From Azolla caroliniana (Eukaryota; Plantae; Polypodiophyta), in NCBI GenBank assembly GCA_043228905.1, contig JBHGNT010000002.1, forward strand, positions 21,328,001-21,392,000: 64,000 nt of DNA. The letters are read 5' to 3'. This document shows, one piece after another, positions 38,644-50,900 of the stretch. The position numbers and the translations under genes are program-made. The notes under the pieces are model-generated. The model made no database searches and was not told the DNA's origin. It was given only the letters and a program-made list of their open reading frames with translations. Within the stretch, counting starts at the first letter, position 1, and each line of letters begins with the position of its first letter.

Positions 38644-41600
38644 TCATGTGTTCATGACACTATCCCTCCTTCGAGAACGCCGAGTGGAAGTCGGCGTTAA
38701 CATTATTGGGTCGGGCTTGTTTGGATAGTGACGATGGAAGTCGTTGACCAGAGCTTCAGCATTACAAACGTTATCGATGGGTTCCCAAGTGCGATCACTC
38801 GGAGGATAACCAAGCCAATCAACTAGATAATAAAGCTTATTGCGCACAATCTTAGAATCGAGAATAGCAGCTACCTCGTATTCGGGGCCGTCCACAAGTT
38901 GTACAGAAGGTGGTGGCACGACACGATTAGGAATTAAAGAGGTGTGGCAAGGTTCCAAAAGAGAGCTATGAAAGACAGGGTGAAGCCGCATATGTGCAGG
39001 AAGGTTAAGACGAAATGTTGCATCATTAATCTGCGTCGTGATGACAAAAGGACCTAAGCGTTGATAGTCAAGCTTAGCACACGGTCGGGTAGTCTTGATG
39101 TGACGACGAAGCAACCATACACGGTCACCAACCTTAAACGGAGACTTAAGACGATGTCGATCGGCATTGGTCTTATGGTGTGCTTGCGCTTTCTGAAGAT
39201 GTGACGATAACTCGAACTGGATTTGTTGTAATCGGTGGAGGTGATGCGCTGCACTAGGGTTTCGTGACACCTCGGGAAGATCCAGTATACACCATCGAGG
39301 GTGGTTGCCGGTGTAGGCAAAGAAAGGTGTAACTTTGGTAGAAGAGTGGACCGTGTTGTTGTATGCAAACTCGGCAAGATGTAAAATGTTACTCCAATCA
39401 TCTTGTTGATAACTAATGAAACATCGAAGATATTGCTCGAGCGTTTGATTTGTGCGCTCTGTTTGTCCGTCAGTTTGAGGATGATAAGCCGAAGAGAGTT
39501 TGCAAGAGATTTTGAGGCCTGCCCATAGGTGCTTCCAAAAGTGTGAGATAAATTGAGGACCTCGATCGCTAATAATATCATTCGGGAGACCATGATGGCG
39601 AAACACTTCACGCATAATGAGATCTGCAGTTTCTTCACTATTGATGGTCTTTACACATGGTACAAAATGTGCCATCTTGGTGAACCGATCCACTACTGTT
39701 AAAATAGTATCAAAGCCTTTGGAAGGTGGCAGATCCGTAATGAAATCCATAGAAATAGACTGCCATGGCTTGTTGGGAGGGGGTAATGGTTGTAGTAAGC
39801 CATAAGGGTGATGCCGGGGTATTTTGGCGCGACAGCAGGTGTCACAAGTGCGAACATAATCTTCGACAAATTTTTGCAAGTGAGGCCACCAAAACGAACG
39901 TTTCACCAGCTCAATGGTCTTGGAAATACCAAAATGTCCAGCCATGGGGGCATCATGACAATGTTCCAACACTTGAAGTCGGGGTGATCCGTCGGGGACG
40001 TAAAGGAGATTCTTGTAGAAGAGTAAACCATCTTGCCACTTGAAGTCTTGATAATGTTGAGATGACCCTAGCAATGTGGAGCAAGATGGACAACTTGAAC
40101 CACAGTGGGCTAAGACATCCTTAGCAAAATCATCCGAATGAAGTTGTTGCTGAATAGTGTCAAGAAGGGTAGAATCAAGTGGTGTGGCATAAATTGTTGT
40201 TACCTGTAGCTTTGATGGCCCGAGGAGAGTTTGCTTTTGATTGTCAAAGGCCGGGTCTCCAGGTCGAAGTGCTAGATACGAACGCCGAGACAGAGCATCT
40301 GCTTTCCCTTGTTGTTTTCCAGGGCGAAAAATGATCTTGAAATCGAAACGCGTTAGAAATGGGGCCCACCGAGCTTGTCGTCTATTTAATACTCGAGCTG
40401 TTTGAAAATATGTGAGATTTTTGTGATCACTATAAATGATAATCTGATGAGGTGATCCTTCTAGAAAATGACGCCATTGCTCGAATGAGTCGACCACAGC
40501 TAGTAACTCCTTGTCATGCACCTCATAGTTTATCTCCGAAACAGTAAACTTTCTCGAGTGAAACACGACTGGATGTATCTACCCGTCCTCGCCTGGTTGC
40601 GATAGGATACTCCCCAATGCAAAGTCTGATGCATCCGCCTCAATAGTAAATGGCTTTTCAGGATCAATATGTGCTAGGATGGGTGCTGATGTGAATGCCT
40701 CTTTCAGCTGCGTAAAAGCCTTGTCCGCTTCGATACTCCAAAAAAATGCTTGATTTTTCTTGGTGAGTTGAGTAAGGGGCAACACAATGCTTGAATAATT
40801 ATGTATGAATTTGCGATAGAAGTTCGCAAATCCGAGGAAACACTGGACATCCCGAACTGAGCATGGGGGTTTCCATTCCAATATTGTTTGGACTTTTGCC
40901 GGGTCCATGAAAACACCCTGGGATGAAATAGTGTATCCCAAAAATTCGACTTGTTTGCAATCAAAACTGCATTTCTCAAGTTTGGCGTAAAGACCATACT
41001 TCCTTAGGCGTTCAAGTACTTGCCACACATGTATATCATGCTCCCCCTGTGTTTTAGAGTAAATCAATAGATCATCTAGGTAGATGATTAGAAAAATATC
41101 CAAGAAATCCCGGAAGATGTCATTTGCCATATGTTGGAATACGGCAGGTGCATTTGTGAGCCCGAAAGGCATGACTGTATACTCGAAATGACCATACTGA
41201 GTACGAAATGTTGTTTTCCATTCATCTCCTGGCCGAATTCGAACAAGATTATATGCACCCCTTAGATCAATTTTGGTAAAATGCTTTGCCCCACCAATGC
41301 ATTCTAAGAGATTGGAGATTAAAGGTAAAGCATACCTATTCCTTATGGTGACTTTATTTAAGCCTCGATAGTCCACGACCAAACGAAGGGAGCCTTCCTT
41401 TTTCTTCACAAAAAAGATAGGAGCACCAACTGGAGACTTTGAATGTCGAATAAACCCATGTGCAAGATTTTCCTCGATGTATTCTCGAAGAACCTCAAGC
41501 TCAGTGGGTGATAAATTGTAAATCGGACCCCACGGAGGCTCTTTTCCTGGTTGGAGATCAATAGGACAGTCGTACGGCCGATGCTTTGGAAGAACACTAG

Positions 41601-42270
41601 CTTTGACTTTGTCGAAAACATCAGCATAGTCTTGATATTTTTTGGGAATTTGGATGTCTGAATTCCCTTGAGTGACACTAGAAGGTGTCACTGATACTGC
41701 AAATAAGAAAAGTTCCTCCTTGCCTCCCACTTGGTGCAATTGTTGCAATGTGATGGCTGAAATTTGATGAGAAGGATATGGTGCATCGGTAGAACTATAT
41801 ACTTTGGGAGGATAATCCTGAGTTCGATCCTTGACAATGATATTTTCTGCTAAAGGGCACCTAATTTCTCGCTTCCTCCAATCGATTCTAGGGTTATGTA
41901 GCTCGAACCATGGCAAACCGAGGACAATTGGATGCTCAGGACTACGGATTATGTTAAAGGAAACTACACATCCTAAATCACCCAAGAGTATGTGTATTGG
42001 CTCAGACTCTTCAAATATCTTCCCGGAAGCTATGGGGCGTCCATCAATCACTACTACAGAAACTGGACAAGGAAGTGTATGCAAGGATATTTGGTGTTTT
42101 TGGGCAAAATCTCTATCCATGAAACAAGAATTGGCTCCAGTATCTAAGAGGGCTTGGACTTGAAGTTGACAATTGGGTGTCCTAACTTGTACTAGGGCTG
42201 AGAAGACTCTACTAACATGCTTGGAAGAAATGGAACCCACACTAGGTTGTACATATCTAGGGTTGTCCAA
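38644..42270 (-). pseudogene. Chromovirus pol (PR, RT, RNase H, INT, chromodomain) with one in-frame TAG at 40579-40581
   Basis: LLDTGA, YLDD, DASD, SMDFITDLP, GPF and YEVAAILDS..YLVDWLGY..TWEP. ORFs 40579-42270 and 38644-40566 are in the same frame. Confidence 0.92.
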
Positions 42271-42296
42271 CCAAATGGCTCCTATTTTGGCTGGAC

Positions 42297-43460
42297 TTAT
42301 TCGTTTGACTCCTCTTCTAATTGGCTTAGGACTTCAAATTTATTGGACAAGGGTGGATTATTCATAATATTAGATTCACTAACTACTTCTAAAATGTTGG
42401 ACTCATTTTTATTGTCATAGTGAATTTGATTTACCTGACGTCTCGGCCTACGGGAGCAATGAATGGCTATATGTCCTGGACCTCCACAATATAAGCACAG
42501 ATGGTTTGCTCGACGACGTTGCTTCTCTTTGTCTGACAACGGTCCTCGTCGTTGAGTCATATCGATCTCCATGGGTGTAGGACTATCCATTGGGACTGGA
42601 CTATGTGTTTGCCTTGGAGTTGGAGCATGGCTATACATTTGCCTTGGGGATGATTGCGCCGTTACTGATGCATAAGTTGGTGTGAATCTAGATCTTGTTA
42701 TTTGTTGTTGTCGCTCACATCGACACTCAAAAAGGCGATTATCACACCGTATTGCTCGACTAATAGCTTCTGTAAGTGACCTTGGATCCTCGGGGAAGGT
42801 AAGAAGTAAGTCTTTGACATCACTACGAAGGCCTGAACGGAATTGCTCCATTAGGGCTTGTTCATCCCAAGGAATATCGCTTGCGATGAGACGAAAATTG
42901 GCAGCATATGTTGAAGCTGGTTGATCACCTTGACGAAGTGTACAAATCTTGTTGATAGCTGTTCTCGCCCCATCAGTATCTCCGAAACAAGCCTTAAATT
43001 CCTTGATAAATTCCTCGAAATTATTCAGTAGAGGAGAATTGGTCTCTAGCAATGGAGCAAACCACGACAACGTTATGCCAGTCAATAAAGTGCCCACTAG
43101 CTCGACTCATGATGCATCTATTGGATAACGTGCGGGATGCATTTGAATCACCAACCGTACTTGATTCAAAAAACCTCGGAAATGCGCCCTCGACCCATCA
43201 AATTTAGCTGGGAAGCTAATTTTGGGCTCCTTGATAAGTTCCTGACCTTCAACCCTTTGTTGTTGTAACACGACGATTGTCGACTCTAATTGTTGCACTC
43301 GTCGCGTGAACTCCTCTTGTTGTTGTTGCTTCTCTATAGTAACCTTTTGTAGATCCCCAGGTAGACGTTGATTCTCTACTTCAAGAGATGCGAACTTGGA
43401 TTTAAGGTTCTCCATTTCTGCAACAAGGGTGAGATATTCTTCTGAGTTAATGGCAGCCAT
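42297..43460 (-). pseudogene. Chromovirus gag with one in-frame TGA at 43107-43109
   Basis: Coiled-coil N-terminus, PAKFDG, LRQG, PMEID and CLYCGGPGH..C. The two ORFs are in the same frame; the TGA plausibly arose from CGA. Confidence 0.9.
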
Positions 43461-46400
43461 GGTTTCAGGATGGTTACAAAGGAGGATAAGAGAGAGAGAA
43501 TTCGAATCAAACTGTCAGAACCAAGGATAAAAGATAGAGTGATGGAAGAAGGATAGAGAAGAATGGATGTATAAGATAGAGAAAGAAAGAGAATGGATAC
43601 AAGATATGTAATGAGAGCTAAAGACTGGTGTTGATTCGAATTGATTTGAGAATACATGTATGCGCTTATTTATAGGTTCCTACAGAATAGCTTTAGAGAT
43701 TTCTAGAATGTTCTAGAATGTTCTAGACCTAGAATGCTCTAGGACATTCTAGAACATTCTAGAATAATCTAGAGTTTTTACAATAATCAATGTAATACAA
43801 GAAATAGCTTTTATTGTTTCATATAACAATAAGCTATCTTAATGGTTGAGGTTTTCAAGTATGAATTACAAGGTTCGAGGTTCAAGTCCGGGTGATGCCA
43901 TAATGGTCATGTGTTCATGACAGAGGCCATCGCGGAGGAACCGACGGATCGGCAAGTGCCAGAGTCATAGCAGCGAAGGAGCTAAGAGGGGCCTATTGAG
44001 CAGACATGCCGACCGAGAAGGTCGAGGCACGCAGAACCAAAAGGGTCGCGGCAAACGGGACCAGACCGGACGAGGAGCGCGAGCAAGGCGGAGCGACGCC
44101 AGGAGAAGTCAGTTGGAAGAACCGACTGCTACAGAGGCTGACACTAGGATCCAACCTCAAGTTGAGCTTGAGGGGGACTGTTGAGCGGCAAGCTCAACTG
44201 GAGCCGGATCAGCTACATAAGCATGAGCCGGTGAGAAACCGAGCCAGCAAGCAACAGAGCCGGTGAGTTGGGAGCCGGTTAGCCGAATCCAATCGGTAAC
44301 CAGAAGCCTAGTATTAGTTTAGACTACTAGGCAGTTATAGTCTCGTAGTAAGTGTCAGATGCTCGTGTGAGCATTGAACTACGTAATACTTTTGTTAGTC
44401 CCACAAGGACTTGTATAAATAGTGCTACTGAGCATAGTTGTATACACAAAGTGTTTATATTGTTTTGAATATAGCTTTTACGTTCTGCTCTCTCTGTCTC
44501 TCCCGTGTACTCTGTGTATTATCTTCTTTCTCTGTTTTCTAACGCTTCCGCAAGTAATCGTTTACAGCAACTATGTGTCCTGGTTGTATAAAATGCACCA
44601 GTACCTGCTGGGGTATGAATACTGGAGCTACGTGGAAGGAGTGGATGAAGCAGCGCCGGATTCGGCACACAAGGACTATCTGGTATGGGAGCAAGGAGTG
44701 ACCAAAGTGTTGTATTGCCTCGCGTCCTGTGTGCACGACCTAATGCTTGGCTACATCAGAGGTGCAAAATCACCGAAGGAGGCTTGGGAAAATCTCCATA
44801 AGGTTTTCGCCGCAAGTACCACGACTTGGAAGCTGCAACTCCGGCAAGAACTCAACAATATCCGGCAACAGAACATGTCGATCACTGACTACACCACCAA
44901 GATCAAGGAGATCTTCGACTCGCTCGGGTCCATCAACGTGACGGTGGACGAGGATGATATGGTCCAGATTTGCCTCGGTGGTCTAGCCCACCGGTACAGG
45001 CCAATCCGAACATCAATTTGCACCCGGGAGAAGCCATCGTCCTTCTTCGACCTACGATCAATGCTCATCGTTGAAGTGTGCCGACTCAAGAAGTCACTTT
45101 ATGGCCTGAAGCAAGCCCCCCGTGCTTGGAATTCGAAGATCACGCACCGGTTGCGTAGGATGGGGTTTGCGACCTTGAAGTCGAACTCTTCGTTGTTCAT
45201 CCAGAAAGGTGTGAAGTTTTGCTTGTGTACGCTAGTTGTGAGCATTACTTTTGGTGATTGATGTGACAATTGGAAAACCATTGACCGAGTAGTGGAAAAG
45301 GTTAGCTTTTAATATTGCATGTTGTAATAGAAAAAACAAACTTAAAATCTACAAGAGGTTCTTAAAACACAACAATAAAACAACAAAGTGACATGTAAAA
45401 GAATAGAACCTTACTATCCCTATGGATGTTTTCGCATATCCTTTATGTGGTGTTACTTCCAGAGTTTTTAATATAATCTACATGCAGTGCAATAAAGACA
45501 TGACCTTTTGTTTATGTACATCAGCTATGGATGTTACTTTTGGTGAGTAATATAACGATTTTGAAAAACACTTACAAAAGATGTGGCAAAATCCACCCCT
45601 TTACATTTGCATTTGGTATGGAGCTCAGAGATGGTTGGTCAAATGAGAGGATAATACTCCATTCTAAATGCTTATAATTTGGTCTTTGAAACATATTCAT
45701 TCTATAGCTCCTCCCTACTCAAGGTTTTCACATGCCTCTTTTATCTTTTGGATTGTTGATCAATTCATATTTTTATCATGCCATGCATAAAGGTTCAAAT
45801 CTTAGTAACTACCTTTAGTAAAGGCACATTTTTAGTAGTCGGGTCTCATTATTCACACAAAGCATTAAATCATGCCTAGCAAGAAAAAATGATATGTTTA
45901 GACAAATAGGAAAACAATAATCGACATTATGATCTCACATCAATACCCCTTTAGATGTGTGAGATAAGATTGGACATCAAGTAACTAGGTATATATACAC
46001 CATTGTACCTTGACAAAGGAGTAATTGGACCCTCAACTACCACATGACACAATGACGTGTAAGAGATTAGAAATCTAGCATTTGTCTTGATATTTTTTGT
46101 TGTATCCTTTACAAGATTCTTTTTCTAGCATTTTAAATATGATGTACATATTGCATAGTAAAAGTGTGAGTTTTTTCTTATATAGGTTATCTACAAACAT
46201 TAATTTTTGGTGAGTGATGTGAGAATTTCGAAAAATGCTTACTAAGAAGTGAAAAGAGTCGATTTTTACACATGAGTTTTGTATGGGGTCCACAAATGCC
46301 CCATCAATTGTGCATATAAATTATAATGTTACATATTGAAATAGAAAAACACAAACTTAAATTTCACAACAAGTTCTTAAAACTAGGAAATAGACGGACA

Positions 46401-47602
46401 GAGTGATATGCAAAAGAAAAAAGCTTACCATCCTTGTGGATGTTGTTATATATTGTGGGTTATTTCTAGAGTTTAAAATATAATATACATGTAGTGCAAA
46501 GAAGATATAAGCTTTTGTTTATGTACAATAGGTGTGGATATTTATTTATTTATTTCCCAAAAAGAAGCTACTTTCCCATTAGTTGGGAGAGATTATTACA
46601 AAAAGACTATACAAGGTGGCTTATACATAAATCAGGGAATAACCCTCCAACCGAGTTCAAGAATATAGATTGCATACATATCCTTTCAAATTGACTACTT
46701 AATGTAAGTAGGCACCTATAGCTATAAAGTATTGCCCTTCATCACCGACCAGTATGAGCTGGAACCTATGGTCTACATTAGGTGTGGATATTATTTTTGT
46801 GAGCAATGTGACAATTTCGAAAACACTTACAAAAGATGTGGCAAAATCCACTCCTTAACATTTGCATTTGGTTTGGGCCCCATGGATGTTTGATCAAATG
46901 AAAGGATAATACTCTAGTATATTTTGGTCTTTGGAACATATTTGTTCAGATATGGCTCCTCCCCACGCAAGATTCCCACATGTCTCTCGTATGTTTTCGA
47001 TCCTTGATTAAGTCAAACTTTCGTCATGCCATGCATAAAGGTTCAAGTCTTGTTACATCATGGCACAGTATTCAAGTGATGCATAAAAAGTGGCATTTTT
47101 TTTTACTAACCCATGCACGAATATTCAAATCTTGACACTCTAGGGGCTTGATTAAAGTCAAACTTTTCTCATGCCATGCATAAAGGTTCAAATCTTCGTA
47201 AAGTTACATTTTTACTAACTCGTACACCATGCATTGAGATTCAAATCGTAAAGTTTAGGGGGTTGAATACATGTTCTTACCGCGTTTTGTTATTATCAAT
47301 GTAGCCTTGTAAAACCCAACGTTTTTTTATCACCAACATTCCAAGGCAATGTGAACAACATGAAACAAAAAATCAATAGTATATATATAGTGATTATACA
47401 CTTTTGAAGGAAGACCTTTACTAGTCCTAACACAGATGTCAAATCTCAATTTTGGTATTGAGTCCTATATATATATATACTCTCTTTTTCTTTGCCCAAA
47501 CTTTACTTATCTATAGTTCCTATCCTAATCTGTATATTCATTCCGCTCTTTGCTCTTCATGCTCACCATTAGCTAATTGGTACCAATTGGTTGCCATCTA
47601 CA

Positions 47603-47911
47603 ATGACACATTATTCCCTATTGCTCATTATTGCTACTATCATTTTGGCTGTCCAACCACTGCCCAATGTTGCCGCAACCAATGACTTAAAAATTCTAGT
47701 TCCATTCAAAATGGGGTTTCAAGAGTTTGTGAATTGGAGTTCATCGGATGTACCACATACATCCAATTCTACCTTCAATTTCTCCGGCTTTTCCGTTGAA
47801 GTCTTCCGACAATGTATTGAGAAACTGAATTACAGCTACACGCTAATTGGATACGGTGATCGAAACCAAACCCCTAACTATAATGATCTCGTGCAAAAGC
47901 TTGTCTCTCAG
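47603..47911 (+). CDS. GLR: GLR-B exon 1
   Basis: ATG, signal peptide and S1 start. Donor CAG|GTACTT. Confidence 0.88.
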
Positions 47912-50900
47912 GTACTTCTTTTTTTTAATTAAGTCTAGCTAATCATAATGAAATTTAATGATTGTCGGATTAAATAGGATAAATAATTCAACCTTTTGAT
48001 TGTTTATAATACATCCAACTACATTATCTATATGCGTTCAAGCATTTGTGTGTGCTGGAATAGATGCTGGAAAATGCATAAGGGATCATGTCCATGCTCG
48101 GGCATTGTATCATGAATAGAGAGAAATCACTAAAAATATATTGTCCATGGAATACCTTGAAGTTATACTGAACAAAGGCAGAAATATATCATTACCCTAA
48201 ATAAAATAGTTAACTCCCAAGTATGGACTTATGGCTATGGGCACAACAATCCTCATAACAGAGACTCTTGAAACTCATCAGGAATGTTAACCTATGTTTT
48301 AAATTTTATGTTAGTGAGTAGAGGATGTCACAAAACTAGTATTATTTTTTAATTAAATTTCTCACGTAACAATAATGCTAATTAGGATTAGTAGCTTGCT
48401 TATATTGCATCTTAATGGTTCTATCTTATGTAAGTTATTCAATTATGGAAATGCATGTCACGGGGGGGTTCCATAAAGTTGGAATAGAAAAACATAAATA
48501 AATAAAAATCATGGTTAAAAAGAAAAAAGAGAGTAACTCATTTTGCAACCCAAGCATTACATTTAATAAAAGCAATTAATGGAATGCCAAGCTTTGAAAC
48601 TTTCCTTTTACAATTTTGTCTTTTGTGTGCTCCAAATTCCAAATTGATATTACATGTGGTCCAAGGTGTTTGTGTTTGTTTCATGTACTCACAACAACTT
48701 TACACTAGATGAGATCTCATTGGACATCACATTTCCATGTAAATTTCTTAGAGTCTAGGTTGAAAATAAGGATTTGTGATCTAAATCAAACAGTTGATTT
48801 GAAAATACCAAACAAATGTGACTTGCATTTTGCTTCGGTGTTTGGAGAAATCTGGGTTTGCATTTACCAAATGGAGGAGGAAATTGTAAAAGAAGGAACC
48901 ATAATGATGTTCAAGGGAGAGAGATTCTTCAACCACAACTCTTGAAGAGGAGATTTTCTTAGGCAAAGGTCTTAATGAAAGGAAAGCTTTTGGAGAAGAG
49001 AGTCATAGCCACCCAAGAGTATAGGACTTCAATGTCATGTATTAAAAGCTTCTATTGTAAAATCTCATATGACATTATAACATGGTGTGCATATAGTATG
49101 GAACTTAGAATATCAAAATATATTGAATGAGAAAATCTTCTCCTTCAAATTTATCTCAAGGACATCAACATTAGTCATGGGATCTTAATTGTACCCAATC
49201 ATAGTCTTGTTTGTGCCCCAACTATCTATGAATCCACCTATGGGATGTTATCTATCTATGGATCCTCCTATGTCAATGATAGTTTTATCTCCTTTCATGA
49301 CGTAAGCACAACCTTGTTTGTGTGATTTCATTCCAATTTATGTAGGCCAATGTCCTTAAGTGTGTAATTTCATTTTAATCATGTTTGAATGAATGAATAC
49401 AAGTAATTTGGTAGCGTTTGAATAGACGTCTGGAAATCAATTCCCATATCAATTAAGCAATGTTTGTCTGTCTTCTCTACTAACTTATTCAAATTGATGT
49501 GTCAACTACTTGACAGTGATATATAGATGGCATCCATGTTTTTTTTTATATTATGGTTTTGCTCATTTTTACAAATAACTATGGATGTTTCATGGTATGA
49601 TCAAAAGGAGGTAGATGGGGTCGTCGCCGATTTGACAATAACTAGTGACCGATTAAAATTGGTGGACTTTACACAACCATATATACAATCAAGCCTCCAA
49701 ATGATCGTGCCACTTGAATCAGAGCCTAACATCCATTTTTGGATACTATTAGCCCCCTTCTCTAAGGACCTTTGGTTTAGCATTGTGGGAATGTTTGTGC
49801 TCACCATCATTTGTATCTTCATTGTGGAGCATTATGCTCGATCTGATGGTGAAAGTTGGAAAGCTACACTCTCAAGATCATTCTGGTAAGCATTCCTTTC
49901 CTCATCACACTATTTCCATCAAATAAGAACTTTCAAATGGCTATATATTATTAGTCTATGATTTAAGTGCCTCTCCCATAGAGATGCATTAAGCGAGTTC
50001 TTAATGGAACCGAGTCTTCCCTAACCCCATGTGTTAAAAACTCCAAAAGGTTTCTCCAAGAGTACCCAATGGCTTATGGCTCCCTTTCTTCAAATGTTCT
50101 TTGGTAATTCATGATAGAGTTCAATGATTGTGCCTATTTTGATCAATCATCCATAATGTTGTAGTTCACCCCTACATGTATTAAACCCAATCTCTAGCCA
50201 ACTATAGTAGTTCTTGGGTTATAGAGGCCTCTAGACGTGGTAGAAAAACAATGTCCTTCCGTGAACCTTCGAAACTTTTTAATGAACTCCATCTTTTATG
50301 TTCGTACTTCTATTTGGGACAAGAAACTAATTGGAATTCCGCCATTGACATCAAGTGTGTGGATGGATCTTGTCTATCATGCAGCTTCAACGTTGCGTTA
50401 TTGGAATGACTAGGTACTTGGCCTATGTGTCTACATATATGAGTATTATGATAAATGCCTATTGATTAGGTGCATGTTTTTGGACTATCGATTTCTTGAT
50501 CAAATGAAAACATTCGGAGAGCTTCATGCTTGATGACCTTGAATAGTGGCCATAAACAAACACAATCAAAAGAAACATGACATATTGAAAGTTGAACACC
50601 TTGCATATACACATCTTGGTCTTGTCTTAGAAAGAGATGTTACTCTCAACTTTGCAACTCAATAATAACATTACATATAAATGCTTGCAACTTTGTGCAA
50701 TGAGCTTAAGAAAACAAAAATGGGGAATTGGACATTGTCTCTTTTGGGGAAAGTTACTGATAGTATTAAAGATAGTGGCATCCCTTTGTTTGGTTGGAGC
50801 TAGTATAACACCAACTCGATAAGCTATTGGTAAAAAATGGTAAACATCATAAGTGGGTATGTAACAATAATAATCAAGAAGGAAATCATGCAAGGGTGAC

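Larger units (their letters stand above)
38260..43922 (-). mobile_element. Near-complete Ty3/gypsy chromovirus (Tcn1/Tf1-like), 5.66 kb; LTRs 43513-43922 (5') and 38260-38659 (3')
   Basis: TG..CA LTRs differ by about 3 substitutions plus a 10-bp indel. TSD gatgc / gaggc. PPT gaaggagggat. Domain order gag-PR-RT-RH-INT-chromodomain. Confidence 0.95.
33762..44566 (+). mobile_element. Nested Ty1/copia element with both LTRs (33762-34150 and 44179-44566); RNase H apparently deleted
   Basis: Perfect TSD gcaac (33757-33761 and 44567-44571). PBS tggtatcaaagc at 34151. PPT ttgagggggac before 44179. LTRs differ by roughly 6% on manual count. Confidence 0.95.
33186..45207 (+). mobile_element. Outer Ty1/copia element (5' LTR 33186-33616, PBS, gag split by a nested copia, internally deleted, 3'-truncated)
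   Basis: TGTTGAGC..TTCACA followed by PBS tggtattagagc at 33617. Gag EKLDQSN (33741-33761) resumes as YVSWLYKMHQ at 44572, jumps to RT (CRLKKSLYGLKQAPRAW) at ~45076 and stops at 45207. Confidence 0.85.
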
